Shown: piece after piece, positions 17,264 to 25,847 of the stretch
How positions within the stretch are numbered: position 1 is the stretch's first letter
How the letters are laid out: every line of letters starts with the position of its first letter
The notes under the pieces: model-generated
What the model saw: only the letters and a program-made list of their open reading frames with translations
Database searches by the model: none
Told to the model about the DNA's origin: nothing
Origin: Crocosphaera subtropica ATCC 51142
Lineage (GTDB): Bacteria > Cyanobacteriota > Cyanobacteriia > Cyanobacteriales > Microcystaceae
Length of the DNA stretch: 32,000 bases
Reading direction: 5' to 3'
Assembly (NCBI RefSeq): GCF_000017845.1
Contig: NC_010546.1
Coordinates: forward strand, 1,680,001 to 1,712,000
Translations under genes and position numbers: made by a program

Positions 17264-17926
17264 TTATAATAGGCCTCGATAACGAATAAAAATCAAAATA
17301 ACAGCCCAAGATCCCAATGCTACTTTAATCGCCACTAAAATATTCAATAATGGCATAATTCCACCACTTAATAAGGTTCCCATTTCTCCATAAGGTAATT
17401 CTAAACCGATCAAGGTAATAACCGCTAAGATGATGAAAATAAGAACCGAAATTTTTTCCCAGGTGGCCGCTTGCCAACGTTGATAAATTTTTTGCATCCA
17501 TTCAGAAGGGGAAGTAATAGCGATAAGCCCAATGGCAGTCCCTCCAGCTACGCCGGCGGCAAACCCTCCTCCTGGACTAAGATGTCCCCTAATAGCTAAT
17601 TCTATACTAACTAACGCAGCAATAGTCGCCCCTAACCGTGCTAAAACAATCGAAGGCTGATCGTTGACTTGATAAATGATGGTTAAAGGTTGTTCATTAG
17701 CCAGGAGAAAACGAACCCCCATAACAGCGAGAGTAAAGACAACGACTTCAAAAATAGTGTCATAAAGACGGTTTCGGAAGATGATCCCGGAGACGGCGTT
17801 AGGAACCCCAGTATCTTGTACAATCGTTTCGACAATGGACAGATCCACTAATTCGGCCATCGGGTTAGGCATTACCAACATTTTCACATAAAGGGCAATC
17901 CCTGCAATAATATAAATCCATTTCAT
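17264..17926 (-). CDS. mrpB: Mrp/Mnh Na+/H+ antiporter subunit B
   Basis: 220 aa. GVPNAVSGIIFRNRLYDTIFEVVVF matches the MnhB motif (N.Vt.I..d.RgyDT..E). There is a 4-nt ATGA overlap with the upstream gene. Confidence 0.8.
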   Translation of the reverse strand: MKWIYIIAGIALYVKMLVMPNPMAELVDLSIVETIVQDTGVPNAVSGIIFRNRLYDTIFEVVVFTLAVMGVRFLLANEQPLTIIYQVNDQPSIVLARLGATIAALVSIELAIRGHLSPGGGFAAGVAGGTAIGLIAITSPSEWMQKIYQRWQAATWEKISVLIFIILAVITLIGLELPYGEMGTLLSGGIMPLLNILVAIKVALGSWAVILIFIRYRGLL

Positions 17927-18480
17927 GACTGTTTCTCCTTGGTATCTGAGAGGTTAATATAAGTGATTAAAGATGATGATAATTTGGGCTTGATCAGTTC
18001 ATAAAGTCGTTGTATTCGAGTCACGGTTTCATAGCCAGGTTCACTATCTATTTGTTCTTGACCTATTTGTTCTTGACAGATTCCATGAATTTCTTGATTT
18101 TTTAAAGCTTGATCAAGTTCTTTTTTATCTTCATAAAAAATTAGTTCTAACCGTAGATGAGATTGATTCAATATTATTCTTAAATGTTTGATTAACTGGT
18201 TGAACTTATCTTGATTTTTTGTTTCCTTTTCTATCATTCCTAAGCGCATCACCATCGAAGATCGAACCGCTACCCCATAAAGGGTAATGGCTAACATAGT
18301 ACCTACTAATGCCTCGGTTAAAGCTACATCGGCTGCCCCAAACATGGCATAAACTAAAGCGGCGATCGCTCCTAAAATTCCCCGAATTACTAAGGCGTGA
18401 TAGGGGTTGACTTGTAAAACAGTCAAACAAGCAGAAAGGGGTAATAAAGCGGTGATAACATAGAGATAAATGTCATTCAT
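17923..18480 (-). CDS. Short MrpA-like subunit (DUF4040 / MrpA C-terminal-domain type) with ~100-aa hydrophilic C-terminal extension
   Basis: The first ~80 aa form 3 TM helices with ..FGAADVALTEALVGT.. (DUF4040-like). The remainder is charged (KETKNQDKFNQLIKHL...). A 15-bp in-frame tandem duplication lies at 18048..18077 (QEQIG/QEQID). Confidence 0.65.
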   Translation of the reverse strand: MNDIYLYVITALLPLSACLTVLQVNPYHALVIRGILGAIAALVYAMFGAADVALTEALVGTMLAITLYGVAVRSSMVMRLGMIEKETKNQDKFNQLIKHLRIILNQSHLRLELIFYEDKKELDQALKNQEIHGICQEQIGQEQIDSEPGYETVTRIQRLYELIKPKLSSSLITYINLSDTKEKQS

Positions 18481-18509
18481 TTTAAAACCAGTAAAATAGA
18501 CAAGATTGA

Positions 18510-18788
18510 TTATTGTTGATTATCTTCACTACTGGAACAATAAGCTAAAACATAGCCTAATACTGTGTTCCAAATCGCAAGAGAAATAATAGCTAAAATG
18601 AAGAGTGGCCATTCACTGGGTATCTGTAACAATAGTCCAAAAACAATACTCATCGACCCTAATGTATCCGCCACAGATAGACTATGAAGTTTATATAAAA
18701 CTGAGCGATCGCCCACTAAGGGAAAGGTTCCCCAAAACCAAAAAATCAGGCCAACACCGATACAGAAATAACTCAAATAGCTAATCAT
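18510..18788 (-). CDS. mrpG: Mrp/Mnh antiporter subunit G
   Basis: 92 aa. LYKLHSLSVADTLGS resembles the MnhG y.RlHa...adTlG motif. Confidence 0.7.
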   Translation of the reverse strand: MISYLSYFCIGVGLIFWFWGTFPLVGDRSVLYKLHSLSVADTLGSMSIVFGLLLQIPSEWPLFILAIISLAIWNTVLGYVLAYCSSSEDNQQ

Positions 18789-18820
18789 AGATTTATTATA
18801 TTATTGAATCGAAAACTTAA

Positions 18821-19078
18821 TCAATTATCTATTATTTTTATGCGTTTTAAAATTTGCGCTAATAACATTAAAGAAGCATTACCCAAGCTAAGGATAAGAA
18901 CCCCCACAACCCCTATCATCCAGTCACCTCTTAAGACAGAAATCACTAAAATCATGACAGAGGTTTTAGTGGCAATACTAGCAAATGCTAACATCTTTTG
19001 CCAAATATCATTATCTTTACAGGCTTCATAGATGGGAATTAGTAATGCTAGAATCATAATAATTAAGATCAAATTCAT
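18821..19078 (-). CDS. mrpF: Mrp/Mnh antiporter subunit F
   Basis: 85 aa with 3 TM helices, assigned from its position between E and G. There is a 4-nt overlap with mrpE. Confidence 0.6.
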   Translation of the reverse strand: MNLILIIMILALLIPIYEACKDNDIWQKMLAFASIATKTSVMILVISVLRGDWMIGVVGVLILSLGNASLMLLAQILKRIKIIDN

Positions 19079-19464
19079 GATTGTTTCCTCCGTTTAATAC
19101 GATGCACTTCATACCATCCTGCTTCGTGATATTTTAGGACAATGGTTTTCGGAGTAAAAGTAATTATGAAAATATCTAAAAAAATCAAACCAGGGGTTCT
19201 TTGGGGTTTAACTCTTTCCATTTTTACCCCTTCTTTCTTATGAGGAAATAACATAATTTCTATGGCTTCAACATAAGCTTGAGGAATGGCAATTAAAACT
19301 TCTACTAAAGCCCGTAACCAGTCTTTTAGTTTTCCTGGGGAGGTTAATTTTCGAGGTAATAATAAACAGATAGTTACGCCAATAATGATATTAGCTAAAC
19401 TAAAATCAGAAGTCAGTAAAAACCAAATAGTCAGTTTTAATAGTAAATCTAAATAAGAGATCAT
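19075..19464 (-). CDS. mrpE: Mrp/Mnh antiporter subunit E
   Basis: 129 aa with two N-terminal TM helices and ..IITFTPKT.., a degenerate MnhE ITLTPGT motif. Confidence 0.6.
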   Translation of the reverse strand: MISYLDLLLKLTIWFLLTSDFSLANIIIGVTICLLLPRKLTSPGKLKDWLRALVEVLIAIPQAYVEAIEIMLFPHKKEGVKMERVKPQRTPGLIFLDIFIITFTPKTIVLKYHEAGWYEVHRIKRRKQS

Positions 19465-19491
19465 TGTTTACACCATAATTGATATCGATCA

Positions 19492-20994
19492 TTAAAGAAT
19501 ATGATGAAAGAGTATTTGAAAAGATAGATAACTATTAGCTGTTGTCTGTAGTCCGTTACCTAAACCAAAAAACAACCAAAAGAGTAAAATTAAAACTAAA
19601 CTCATGACTCCAATTAAATGATTAAACTCTTCAGCAGTACGAGATAATTGGATAATGGCTTTTTGAAAAAATAAATGATAAGCTAACCATCCTAAGAAAA
19701 TAGTAATTAAAGGTTTAATGATATTGTTGACGCTATAGGCTTCATAATAAATGCCATTAGCGATAATTAATCCTCCTAATAATAAAGTTATAGCTGACCA
19801 AAATCCTGCTTTAACATGACTTTCTCCTGTTCTTGCATGGGGTAAAAAGATAAATTTTGCAAAGGATATTGCTGTTCCTAAAGCAGCAATATTCATGGCG
19901 ATCACTTGCCAAGGCAAAAGATTTTTCATGGTCAAAACTTTGGCCCCGAACCCGGATAATAAAGGAAACCCTGAAATAGAAAAACTAGCCATTACCAAAG
20001 CGATCCAAATGGGTGTATCAATGGCCATATGTTTTAATTCTTTGAGGTTACGACTCGGTAATATTCCTGCGATTAAAAATAAAGACGACTTGACTAACCC
20101 GTGAGTTAAAGCATAAAATCCTCCTACTTCTGGGGCTGCTAAAATAAAGCCTAACTGGGATACAGTGTGAAAAGCTAACATTCGTTTACTGTCTTTCTCA
20201 AACACGGCGTAACCTACCCCTAATAAGGATGTTGTTGCGCCGAAAATGCGGACAATCGGATCAACTTCACTCACCATTAATGCACAACGAACGAGGGGAT
20301 AAACCCCTGCTTTGACCACAACTCCCGATAACATGGCAGAAACTGGGGTTTCTGACTCAGAATGGGTTAAGGGTAGCCATAACCCTGATACAAAAATACC
20401 ACCTTTAGCCAAAAGTCCCAAAAAGATTAAAGCCATCGCTTCGGGGGGTGATCCTCTTAACCCTACAAAGCTGAAAGAATGGTGTGATTGATAGACTAAT
20501 ACTGCCCCCACCAAGTAAAATAACATGGCGGTGTTGCTAACAAAAAGATAACGCAAGGCGACCCAAATCGAGCGATCGCTTCTCGGATAGGCAATGAGTA
20601 AAAAGGCTGCAATACTGATGACTTCTAGGGCAACATATAAACTAATAAAGTCAGCACAAATAAAAGTAGCATTGACGCTTCCGTGTAGGATGATAATTTG
20701 AGTATAGAAAAAGGCTGTTTTGTCACTTTGCCAACAGTAAAAAAGAACCGCTAACGTCACTAAAGCATTAGTCAGAATAAAAAAGCCACTTAAATTATCG
20801 ATTACTAAGATAACCCCAAAATTATCAAGTAACTTAAACTCAAATGTTGAGGTTAAATTAAAGATTATTAAAGCATAACCCAATGAAAAAATGGCTACTC
20901 CTAGGGCAAGGTAGCGAGCAATCCTAGGCAGTAAATAAATACTAAATCCAATAAATAAGGGTAAGGCTATCCAAATAATTGTTAAGGCTTTCAT
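19492..20994 (-). CDS. mrpD: Mrp/Mnh antiporter subunit D (NuoM/N-like antiporter-like subunit; the 'NdhD5/D6' class of cyanobacterial annotations)
   Basis: 500 aa, polytopic, with WLPLTHSESETPVSAMLSGVVVKAGVY (the proton-pump family motif WLP.AH...PTPVSALL). Confidence 0.8.
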   Translation of the reverse strand: MKALTIIWIALPLFIGFSIYLLPRIARYLALGVAIFSLGYALIIFNLTSTFEFKLLDNFGVILVIDNLSGFFILTNALVTLAVLFYCWQSDKTAFFYTQIIILHGSVNATFICADFISLYVALEVISIAAFLLIAYPRSDRSIWVALRYLFVSNTAMLFYLVGAVLVYQSHHSFSFVGLRGSPPEAMALIFLGLLAKGGIFVSGLWLPLTHSESETPVSAMLSGVVVKAGVYPLVRCALMVSEVDPIVRIFGATTSLLGVGYAVFEKDSKRMLAFHTVSQLGFILAAPEVGGFYALTHGLVKSSLFLIAGILPSRNLKELKHMAIDTPIWIALVMASFSISGFPLLSGFGAKVLTMKNLLPWQVIAMNIAALGTAISFAKFIFLPHARTGESHVKAGFWSAITLLLGGLIIANGIYYEAYSVNNIIKPLITIFLGWLAYHLFFQKAIIQLSRTAEEFNHLIGVMSLVLILLFWLFFGLGNGLQTTANSYLSFQILFHHIL

Positions 20995-21050
20995 TAGGCA
21001 TTATTATGAAGGTATTAAGAAGTTTATCATCAATTTTTCAATTCTGATAA

Positions 21051-21395
21051 CTAGCTCTTCATAGGAGTATTATTTTTCTCTATTTCTTTTGTTTCTAACG
21101 TTGGATTATTTTGGGCTAATTTCATCACCCCGACTAACATTAAAGCTTGAATAGAAAGACCGATAACAATGGCAGTTAAAATCACTGCTTGAGGAACAGG
21201 ATCAGCATAATTGTTAGTTGTATTATCACTAAAAATTGGTGTAAACAGACCATTCCTTGATGAAATCAAAACATAATAAGCAATAACCCCTGTACTCATC
21301 ACATCCATAGAAATAATTTTCATCATTAAATTTTCTTTAAAAACAAGACCAAAAAAACCAGATAAAATTGTTGCAAAAATAAAAGCTTCTAACAT
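21051..21395 (-). CDS. mrpC: Mrp/Mnh antiporter subunit C (NuoK-like)
   Basis: 114 aa with ADPVPQAVILTAIVIGLSI (the MnhC/NuoK motif). Confidence 0.75.
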   Translation of the reverse strand: MLEAFIFATILSGFFGLVFKENLMMKIISMDVMSTGVIAYYVLISSRNGLFTPIFSDNTTNNYADPVPQAVILTAIVIGLSIQALMLVGVMKLAQNNPTLETKEIEKNNTPMKS

Positions 21396-21479
21396 AATAA
21401 ATAGTAGTTTTATTGTTAATAAAATCTAAAAAAGTTTATTTTTCCGAAATGGTCAAAATATCTTAATCACTATTTTCTC

Positions 21480-21986
21480 CTAAGTAGATTTATGATTAAT
21501 AAAGCGAATTATAGCATAACTAGCGGCTAAAGCAAGACAAGCAAAAGCTAAAGCTATTAAGTCATTTTTAGCATATTTAGAAGGATCAAAAATAATAATT
21601 TTTCTGGCTACTGCGATCAAAGCAGTTACCACAACCAATTCAACTTGAACAATATGTTTTCTTAGATAAGCTGTAACATTTTCTAAGAGTTCTAAAGCAA
21701 TTAATACATTAAGAAATAATCCAAAAATTTCTATCAACGTTTTATTAAAAAATCCTATTGGTTCTGCAGTAAAAAGGTCTTTAACTAATACTAAAGATAA
21801 ATCAAATATAGAAACCCCAATTACAATAACTAAAGCAATAGATAAAATTTTAGAAACAACATTCTCAACAAGATGAATGCCTACCATAAAATTGTCATCT
21901 TTTAATAATCTAATTGCTTTAATAATGAAATTTTTTAACCTGTTTTTTGACGGGTTTCTTTTCACCATTTTAACTGCTTCTATCAT
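21480..21986 (-). CDS. PsiE-family (phosphate-starvation-inducible protein E-like) integral membrane protein
   Basis: 168 aa with 4 TM helices. LFLNVLIALELLENVTAYLRK..VELVVVTALIAVARKIIIFD parallels the E. coli PsiE core (YFLYFEFIALIVKYF...GITAIVRLIIVD), as recalled from memory. Confidence 0.5.
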   Translation of the reverse strand: MIEAVKMVKRNPSKNRLKNFIIKAIRLLKDDNFMVGIHLVENVVSKILSIALVIVIGVSIFDLSLVLVKDLFTAEPIGFFNKTLIEIFGLFLNVLIALELLENVTAYLRKHIVQVELVVVTALIAVARKIIIFDPSKYAKNDLIALAFACLALAASYAIIRFINHKST

Positions 21987-22020
21987 TTTACACTGATTAT
22001 TTGAGAATCGGAACAGGAAA

Positions 22021-22052
22021 AAGGGACAAATAATATTTTAGTTTTGTCCCTT
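22021..22052 (-). terminator. Intrinsic terminator after the NhaS3-like gene
   Basis: AAGGGACAAA-(12 nt)-TTTGTCCCTT, a 10-bp perfect stem. On the minus strand it is followed by TTTCC, giving a run of 5 T. It lies 19 nt 3' of the stop at 22071. Confidence 0.65.
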
Positions 22053-22070
22053 ATTTTTCAATGGGTTCAA

Positions 22071-23438
22071 TCAGTTAGCTACATCTGCATTTTGTAATTT
22101 TTCCACAGTTTGTGCAGGCTCTTTAAATGCAAATCGTAGTAAAGGAGGTGCCATAAAAGTCGTGAGAATAACCATTACAATGATAGCGGCTTCTAAAGAC
22201 TGACTTAAAACCCCACTGGCTGAACCAATACCAGCAAAAACTAAGCCAACTTCTCCCCTAGGAATCATACCAATACCAATGGCCAAACGATTGATTTTTT
22301 CTTGTCCTGTAACTGTCCAACCAGTGATAATTTTACCAATAATTGCTACCACAATCAAAAAGGTAGCAATAATCAAACCGGCTCTATTTTCAGCAACAAA
22401 GGGATTGAGGACACCTAAATTAACTTTTGCCCCTACACTCACAAAGAAAACAGGAACTAAAATATCAGCAATAGGAACCACTTGTTGATCTAATTCTTTC
22501 CGTTTATCGGTTTCATCTAACACTAACCCGGCTGCAAATGCCCCTAAGATAGCTTCCAGTTGAATAATATTAGCTAGAAATGCCATAAAGAAAGCAAAAA
22601 TCAAGGCAGGAATTACCAACTTTCCACGGGTTTGTAATAAGTCAGAAACAGCAACAAACGACTTATTAAAAAACTTTCCTAAGAAGATTGAACCTAATAA
22701 AAAGACCGTAGCACTGACGATTAAATAGACGACATTGAGAATATCAACGGTTCCTGTTTTTGCTAAACTAGCAACCACCGCTAAAACGATAATCCCTAAC
22801 ACATCATCAATAACCGCAGCCCCAACAATAATTTGTCCTTCTTTTGATTTTAGATAACCCAACTCTGACAACACTTTTGAGGTGATACCAATACTGGTAG
22901 CGGTTAAAGCTGCACCAGCAAAAATAGCAGGAATCGTAGGAACATGAAACAGTAACATTAAGCCTACAGTACCAGCAGTAAAGGGAGCAACCACACCAAC
23001 AACCGCTACAATAGCAGCTTGATAACCCACTTCCTTTAACTCTCTAATATCGGATTCTAAGCCAATTTCAAACAAGAGGATGATGACCCCTATTTCGGCT
23101 AAAACCGAGATAACCTCGCTTTGGGTGTTAAACACTTCGGGAAGCGCTTCAGGGGTTAAACCAGCTACTAATTGTAGGAAACTCATCAACACAGAGTCTG
23201 TAGCACTAGCACCACTTTCAGGGAACACTAATAAATGTAAGGCAGAGGCACCAACAACCACACCCCCGACTAATTCTCCTAATACGGGAGGTAAATTAAG
23301 GGCTCTTGAGATTTCTCCCCCTAATTTACTGGCTAAATAAATAACAATCAAACTGAGTAAAACACCAGCTAAAATCATCGGACCGAGATTCGCAGTGGTT
23401 TCTGTGGCTAAAAGTGGAATAGGTGGATAAGTGAACAT
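22071..23438 (-). CDS. Cation:proton antiporter, CPA2 family (NhaS3-like Na+/H+ antiporter)
   Basis: 455 aa with ~12 TM helices and Kef/NapA-type motifs (..LGEL.GGVV.G.., ..IGLE..). It has no C-terminal KTN domain and lies 73 nt downstream of bicA. Confidence 0.75.
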   Translation of the reverse strand: MFTYPPIPLLATETTANLGPMILAGVLLSLIVIYLASKLGGEISRALNLPPVLGELVGGVVVGASALHLLVFPESGASATDSVLMSFLQLVAGLTPEALPEVFNTQSEVISVLAEIGVIILLFEIGLESDIRELKEVGYQAAIVAVVGVVAPFTAGTVGLMLLFHVPTIPAIFAGAALTATSIGITSKVLSELGYLKSKEGQIIVGAAVIDDVLGIIVLAVVASLAKTGTVDILNVVYLIVSATVFLLGSIFLGKFFNKSFVAVSDLLQTRGKLVIPALIFAFFMAFLANIIQLEAILGAFAAGLVLDETDKRKELDQQVVPIADILVPVFFVSVGAKVNLGVLNPFVAENRAGLIIATFLIVVAIIGKIITGWTVTGQEKINRLAIGIGMIPRGEVGLVFAGIGSASGVLSQSLEAAIIVMVILTTFMAPPLLRFAFKEPAQTVEKLQNADVAN

Positions 23439-23511
23439 GGTTTCTTAACTAAGTGGACAATTGGTTTAGGAGAGATGAGGAGACAGGGGAGTATTGAAAC
23501 TTCTGTTTCCT

Positions 23512-25272
23512 CTATTTGGAATAGCGATCGCTATAGGCAATGCCATTACTTGGGTTGGTATCATCTTCAGGGAAATGAGAACCATTGATTCCCATCTCGT
23601 TTTGAATTTGCTCGATGGTATATCCATTGAGACTGGCAACTGCTAACTGTAGGGCAGCAACACGGGTTTTAACTCGGTTTTGGTGAGGAACCCGGTCCAA
23701 AATATTGAATTTTTGTAGTCTTTCTTTGATTTTGCCTTCGCCACCAACGATGAACACTTCTAAACCTTTCCCATAAGCATCATCAATAGTCTTTTCTAAA
23801 GCTAAGGTGGCGGTGACACCGAGTAAAGGTACATTGGTTAGGTCAATCACCAACATCTTATAGTTATCTAAGATAGCTTGACGTTGGGTAATGGCTTTAG
23901 CCGCACCGAAACTCATCGGACCAGCTAAGTCTAATAATATGATGCGACCATTGGCTTCTTTCATCAAATGCTTGGCTTCTTGGGTAGCTAAGGTATCATC
24001 TTCAGGGTGATCAATGGCTTTAACGCGATCGGCTTGAATATCCGCTAACTTTTCAATGGTTAAGATGTTAGCAACGAATACCCCTAAACCAACGGCAGTA
24101 ATTAAGTCATAGAAGACAGTGAGCAACATTACCCCATACATGATGGCTGCTGCTTTCCAAGACAGCTTATGAGCGCGCTTGAGGAATTTCCAATCAATGA
24201 TATCGATACCTACTTTAAAGGCAATACCCGCTAACACCGCTAGGGGAATATTTTGAGTTAAAGGGGCAGCCCAGAGTACCACCACCAATAAGATTAAAGC
24301 ACGAGATAAACCAGATAAAGCAGTGCGTCCCCCGCTTTGAATGTTCACAACGGTTCCCATAGTTGCACCTGCACCGGGTAAACCACCGCATAAACCAGAA
24401 ATTAAGTTACCAATTCCTTGACCAATTAATTCTTTATTGGAGTTGTGTTGCGTTTGGGTTAAACTGTCAGCGATAACCGCCGTTAATAATGCGTCAATAC
24501 AACCTAACATTCCTAACACTAAAGCATTGACAATCATGGTCTGGGTTTGTGCTAGGGTAAAGGTCGGTATAACCAACGAAGGAAGTCCTGTACTAAACTC
24601 AGGGATGGTTTTAATGTTTTGTCCTGAGAAGACAAACATCGAAACTAAGGTACAGCCAATTAACGCAACTAACTGGGGCGGAACAACTTTCTTGAGTCTT
24701 GAGGGCATCAAGAATAACACGGCTACTGCTAACACCCCTAAAATAGCTTCCCCGGTATGAGAACTTAAACTCCCAATAACGTTAGGCGCATTGTTCAGGG
24801 CTGCAATCACACCCCCCTTGGGGTTTTCCGTTCCCAATAATGGACCAAATTGCAACACAATTAAAATGAGTCCAATACCCGACATAAAGCCAGAAATTAC
24901 CGTATAGGGCATCAGGGTGATATATTTACCCAGTTTCAGAGAGCCGAGAATAATTTGAAAGACCCCTGCTAACATGACAACGGTAAACGCCATGTATAAA
25001 CCCTGTTCTGGGTCAGCGGCCGTCATTTTGGTGACAATAGCTGTCATAACGACTGTCATCGGACCAGTGGGTTCGGAGATCAGGGTGGGTGTCCCTCCAA
25101 ATAAAGCAGCGAAAAATCCGATTAAGACAGCACCCCACAAACCCGCAGCCGGACCAGCACCAGAGGCAACCCCGAAGGCTAAGGCCATGGGAAGGGCGAT
25201 CACGGCTGCGGTTACCCCGCCAAATATATCACCCCTAATATTTCTAAAATGAATACGATTTGTTATTTGCAT
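23512..25272 (-). CDS. bicA: SulP-family Na+-dependent bicarbonate transporter BicA (TM domain + C-terminal STAS)
   Basis: MQITNRIHFRNIRGDIFGGVTAAVIALPMALAFGVASGAG.. is almost identical to the N-terminus I recall for Synechococcus PCC 7002 BicA. The STAS-like C-terminus is (..LLDLAGPMSFGAA..). I use the ATG at 25272; the track's TTG at 25278 adds ML. Confidence 0.8.
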   Translation of the reverse strand: MQITNRIHFRNIRGDIFGGVTAAVIALPMALAFGVASGAGPAAGLWGAVLIGFFAALFGGTPTLISEPTGPMTVVMTAIVTKMTAADPEQGLYMAFTVVMLAGVFQIILGSLKLGKYITLMPYTVISGFMSGIGLILIVLQFGPLLGTENPKGGVIAALNNAPNVIGSLSSHTGEAILGVLAVAVLFLMPSRLKKVVPPQLVALIGCTLVSMFVFSGQNIKTIPEFSTGLPSLVIPTFTLAQTQTMIVNALVLGMLGCIDALLTAVIADSLTQTQHNSNKELIGQGIGNLISGLCGGLPGAGATMGTVVNIQSGGRTALSGLSRALILLVVVLWAAPLTQNIPLAVLAGIAFKVGIDIIDWKFLKRAHKLSWKAAAIMYGVMLLTVFYDLITAVGLGVFVANILTIEKLADIQADRVKAIDHPEDDTLATQEAKHLMKEANGRIILLDLAGPMSFGAAKAITQRQAILDNYKMLVIDLTNVPLLGVTATLALEKTIDDAYGKGLEVFIVGGEGKIKERLQKFNILDRVPHQNRVKTRVAALQLAVASLNGYTIEQIQNEMGINGSHFPEDDTNPSNGIAYSDRYSK

Positions 25273-25349
25273 GAGCAACTATTAAATCTTGGTTAAGATT
25301 TTTTCATGTTTTGATTGTATGTGAGTAATGCCTTTTAGCGAGACATTTC

Positions 25350-25361
25350 TGTAAATTTACA
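25350..25361. promoter_or_regulatory. Perfect 12-bp palindrome TGTAAATTTACA ~80 nt upstream of bicA; candidate operator
   Basis: Read directly. It lies in the 570-bp bicA upstream region, which also has the hairpin AATCTT-ggtt-AAGATT (25285..25300) 12 nt before the start codon. Confidence 0.25.
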
Positions 25362-25593
25362 CACAACAGCCCATCTATTGATAAGAAGGGCAAGGGTTAA
25401 GACTCTGATGAATCCTACGGTTTGACCCCCAATCCCTCTAGAAGTCTGTTGCTGACAACCTTATAGACTAGATTCTATTTTTTTTAAATCAATCATAGGC
25501 TAATTACTATAGAAGACTACAACAAATTTTAAGGATTCGTCAAGACCCTAGTTGTAAGTTTTCTTAATAGTTAGGAAAAGTCTGTCTTATACT

Positions 25594-25657
25594 CACCTAA
25601 GTTCGGTGTTAGGGGTTCGGAGTACGACTACGTCGTGCTACGCAACGGAGTTAGGAT
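25594..25657 (-). repeat. Partial, inverted copy of the MITE right end (TIR + heptamers) interrupted by a short GC-rich palindrome
   Basis: acctaagttcggtgttaggggttcggag aligns at ~26/29 positions with the reverse complement of the MITE end (acctgagttcggagttaggagttcggag). The motif ggagttagg recurs at 25647. Confidence 0.5.
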
Positions 25658-25729
25658 TGTTTTAACGAGGGAATCAGGGTTTGAGACTTCTTATTTTGAC
25701 AAGTTATCTATAGAATTATTGTTAACATT

Positions 25730-25757
25730 AAAAGAGGTTGCTAGGACAACCTCTTTT
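25730..25757. terminator. Bidirectional intrinsic terminator 3' of ndhD
   Basis: AAAAGAGGTTG-ctagga-CAACCTCTTTT, an 11-bp stem with A/T runs on both sides. Confidence 0.7.
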
Positions 25758-25847
25758 TAGTTCTAAACCAACATAATTATCATGATTCAACAAATATCGT
25801 TATTAAGCCTCTTATGATAATTAATGCTAGAACAATTTTGAACAATT

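Noticed and set aside
18804-19031. 75-aa plus-strand ORF antisense to mrpF, with similar antisense ORFs in mrpD (19895..20104), nhaS3-like (22279..22488, 23080..23340), bicA (24437..24760, 24974..25252), ndhD (26965..27228) and ndhF (28695..29027, 29016..29210)
   Set aside because: All lie within long membrane-protein genes whose own frames carry clear family motifs. Antisense frames of hydrophobic genes commonly stay open.
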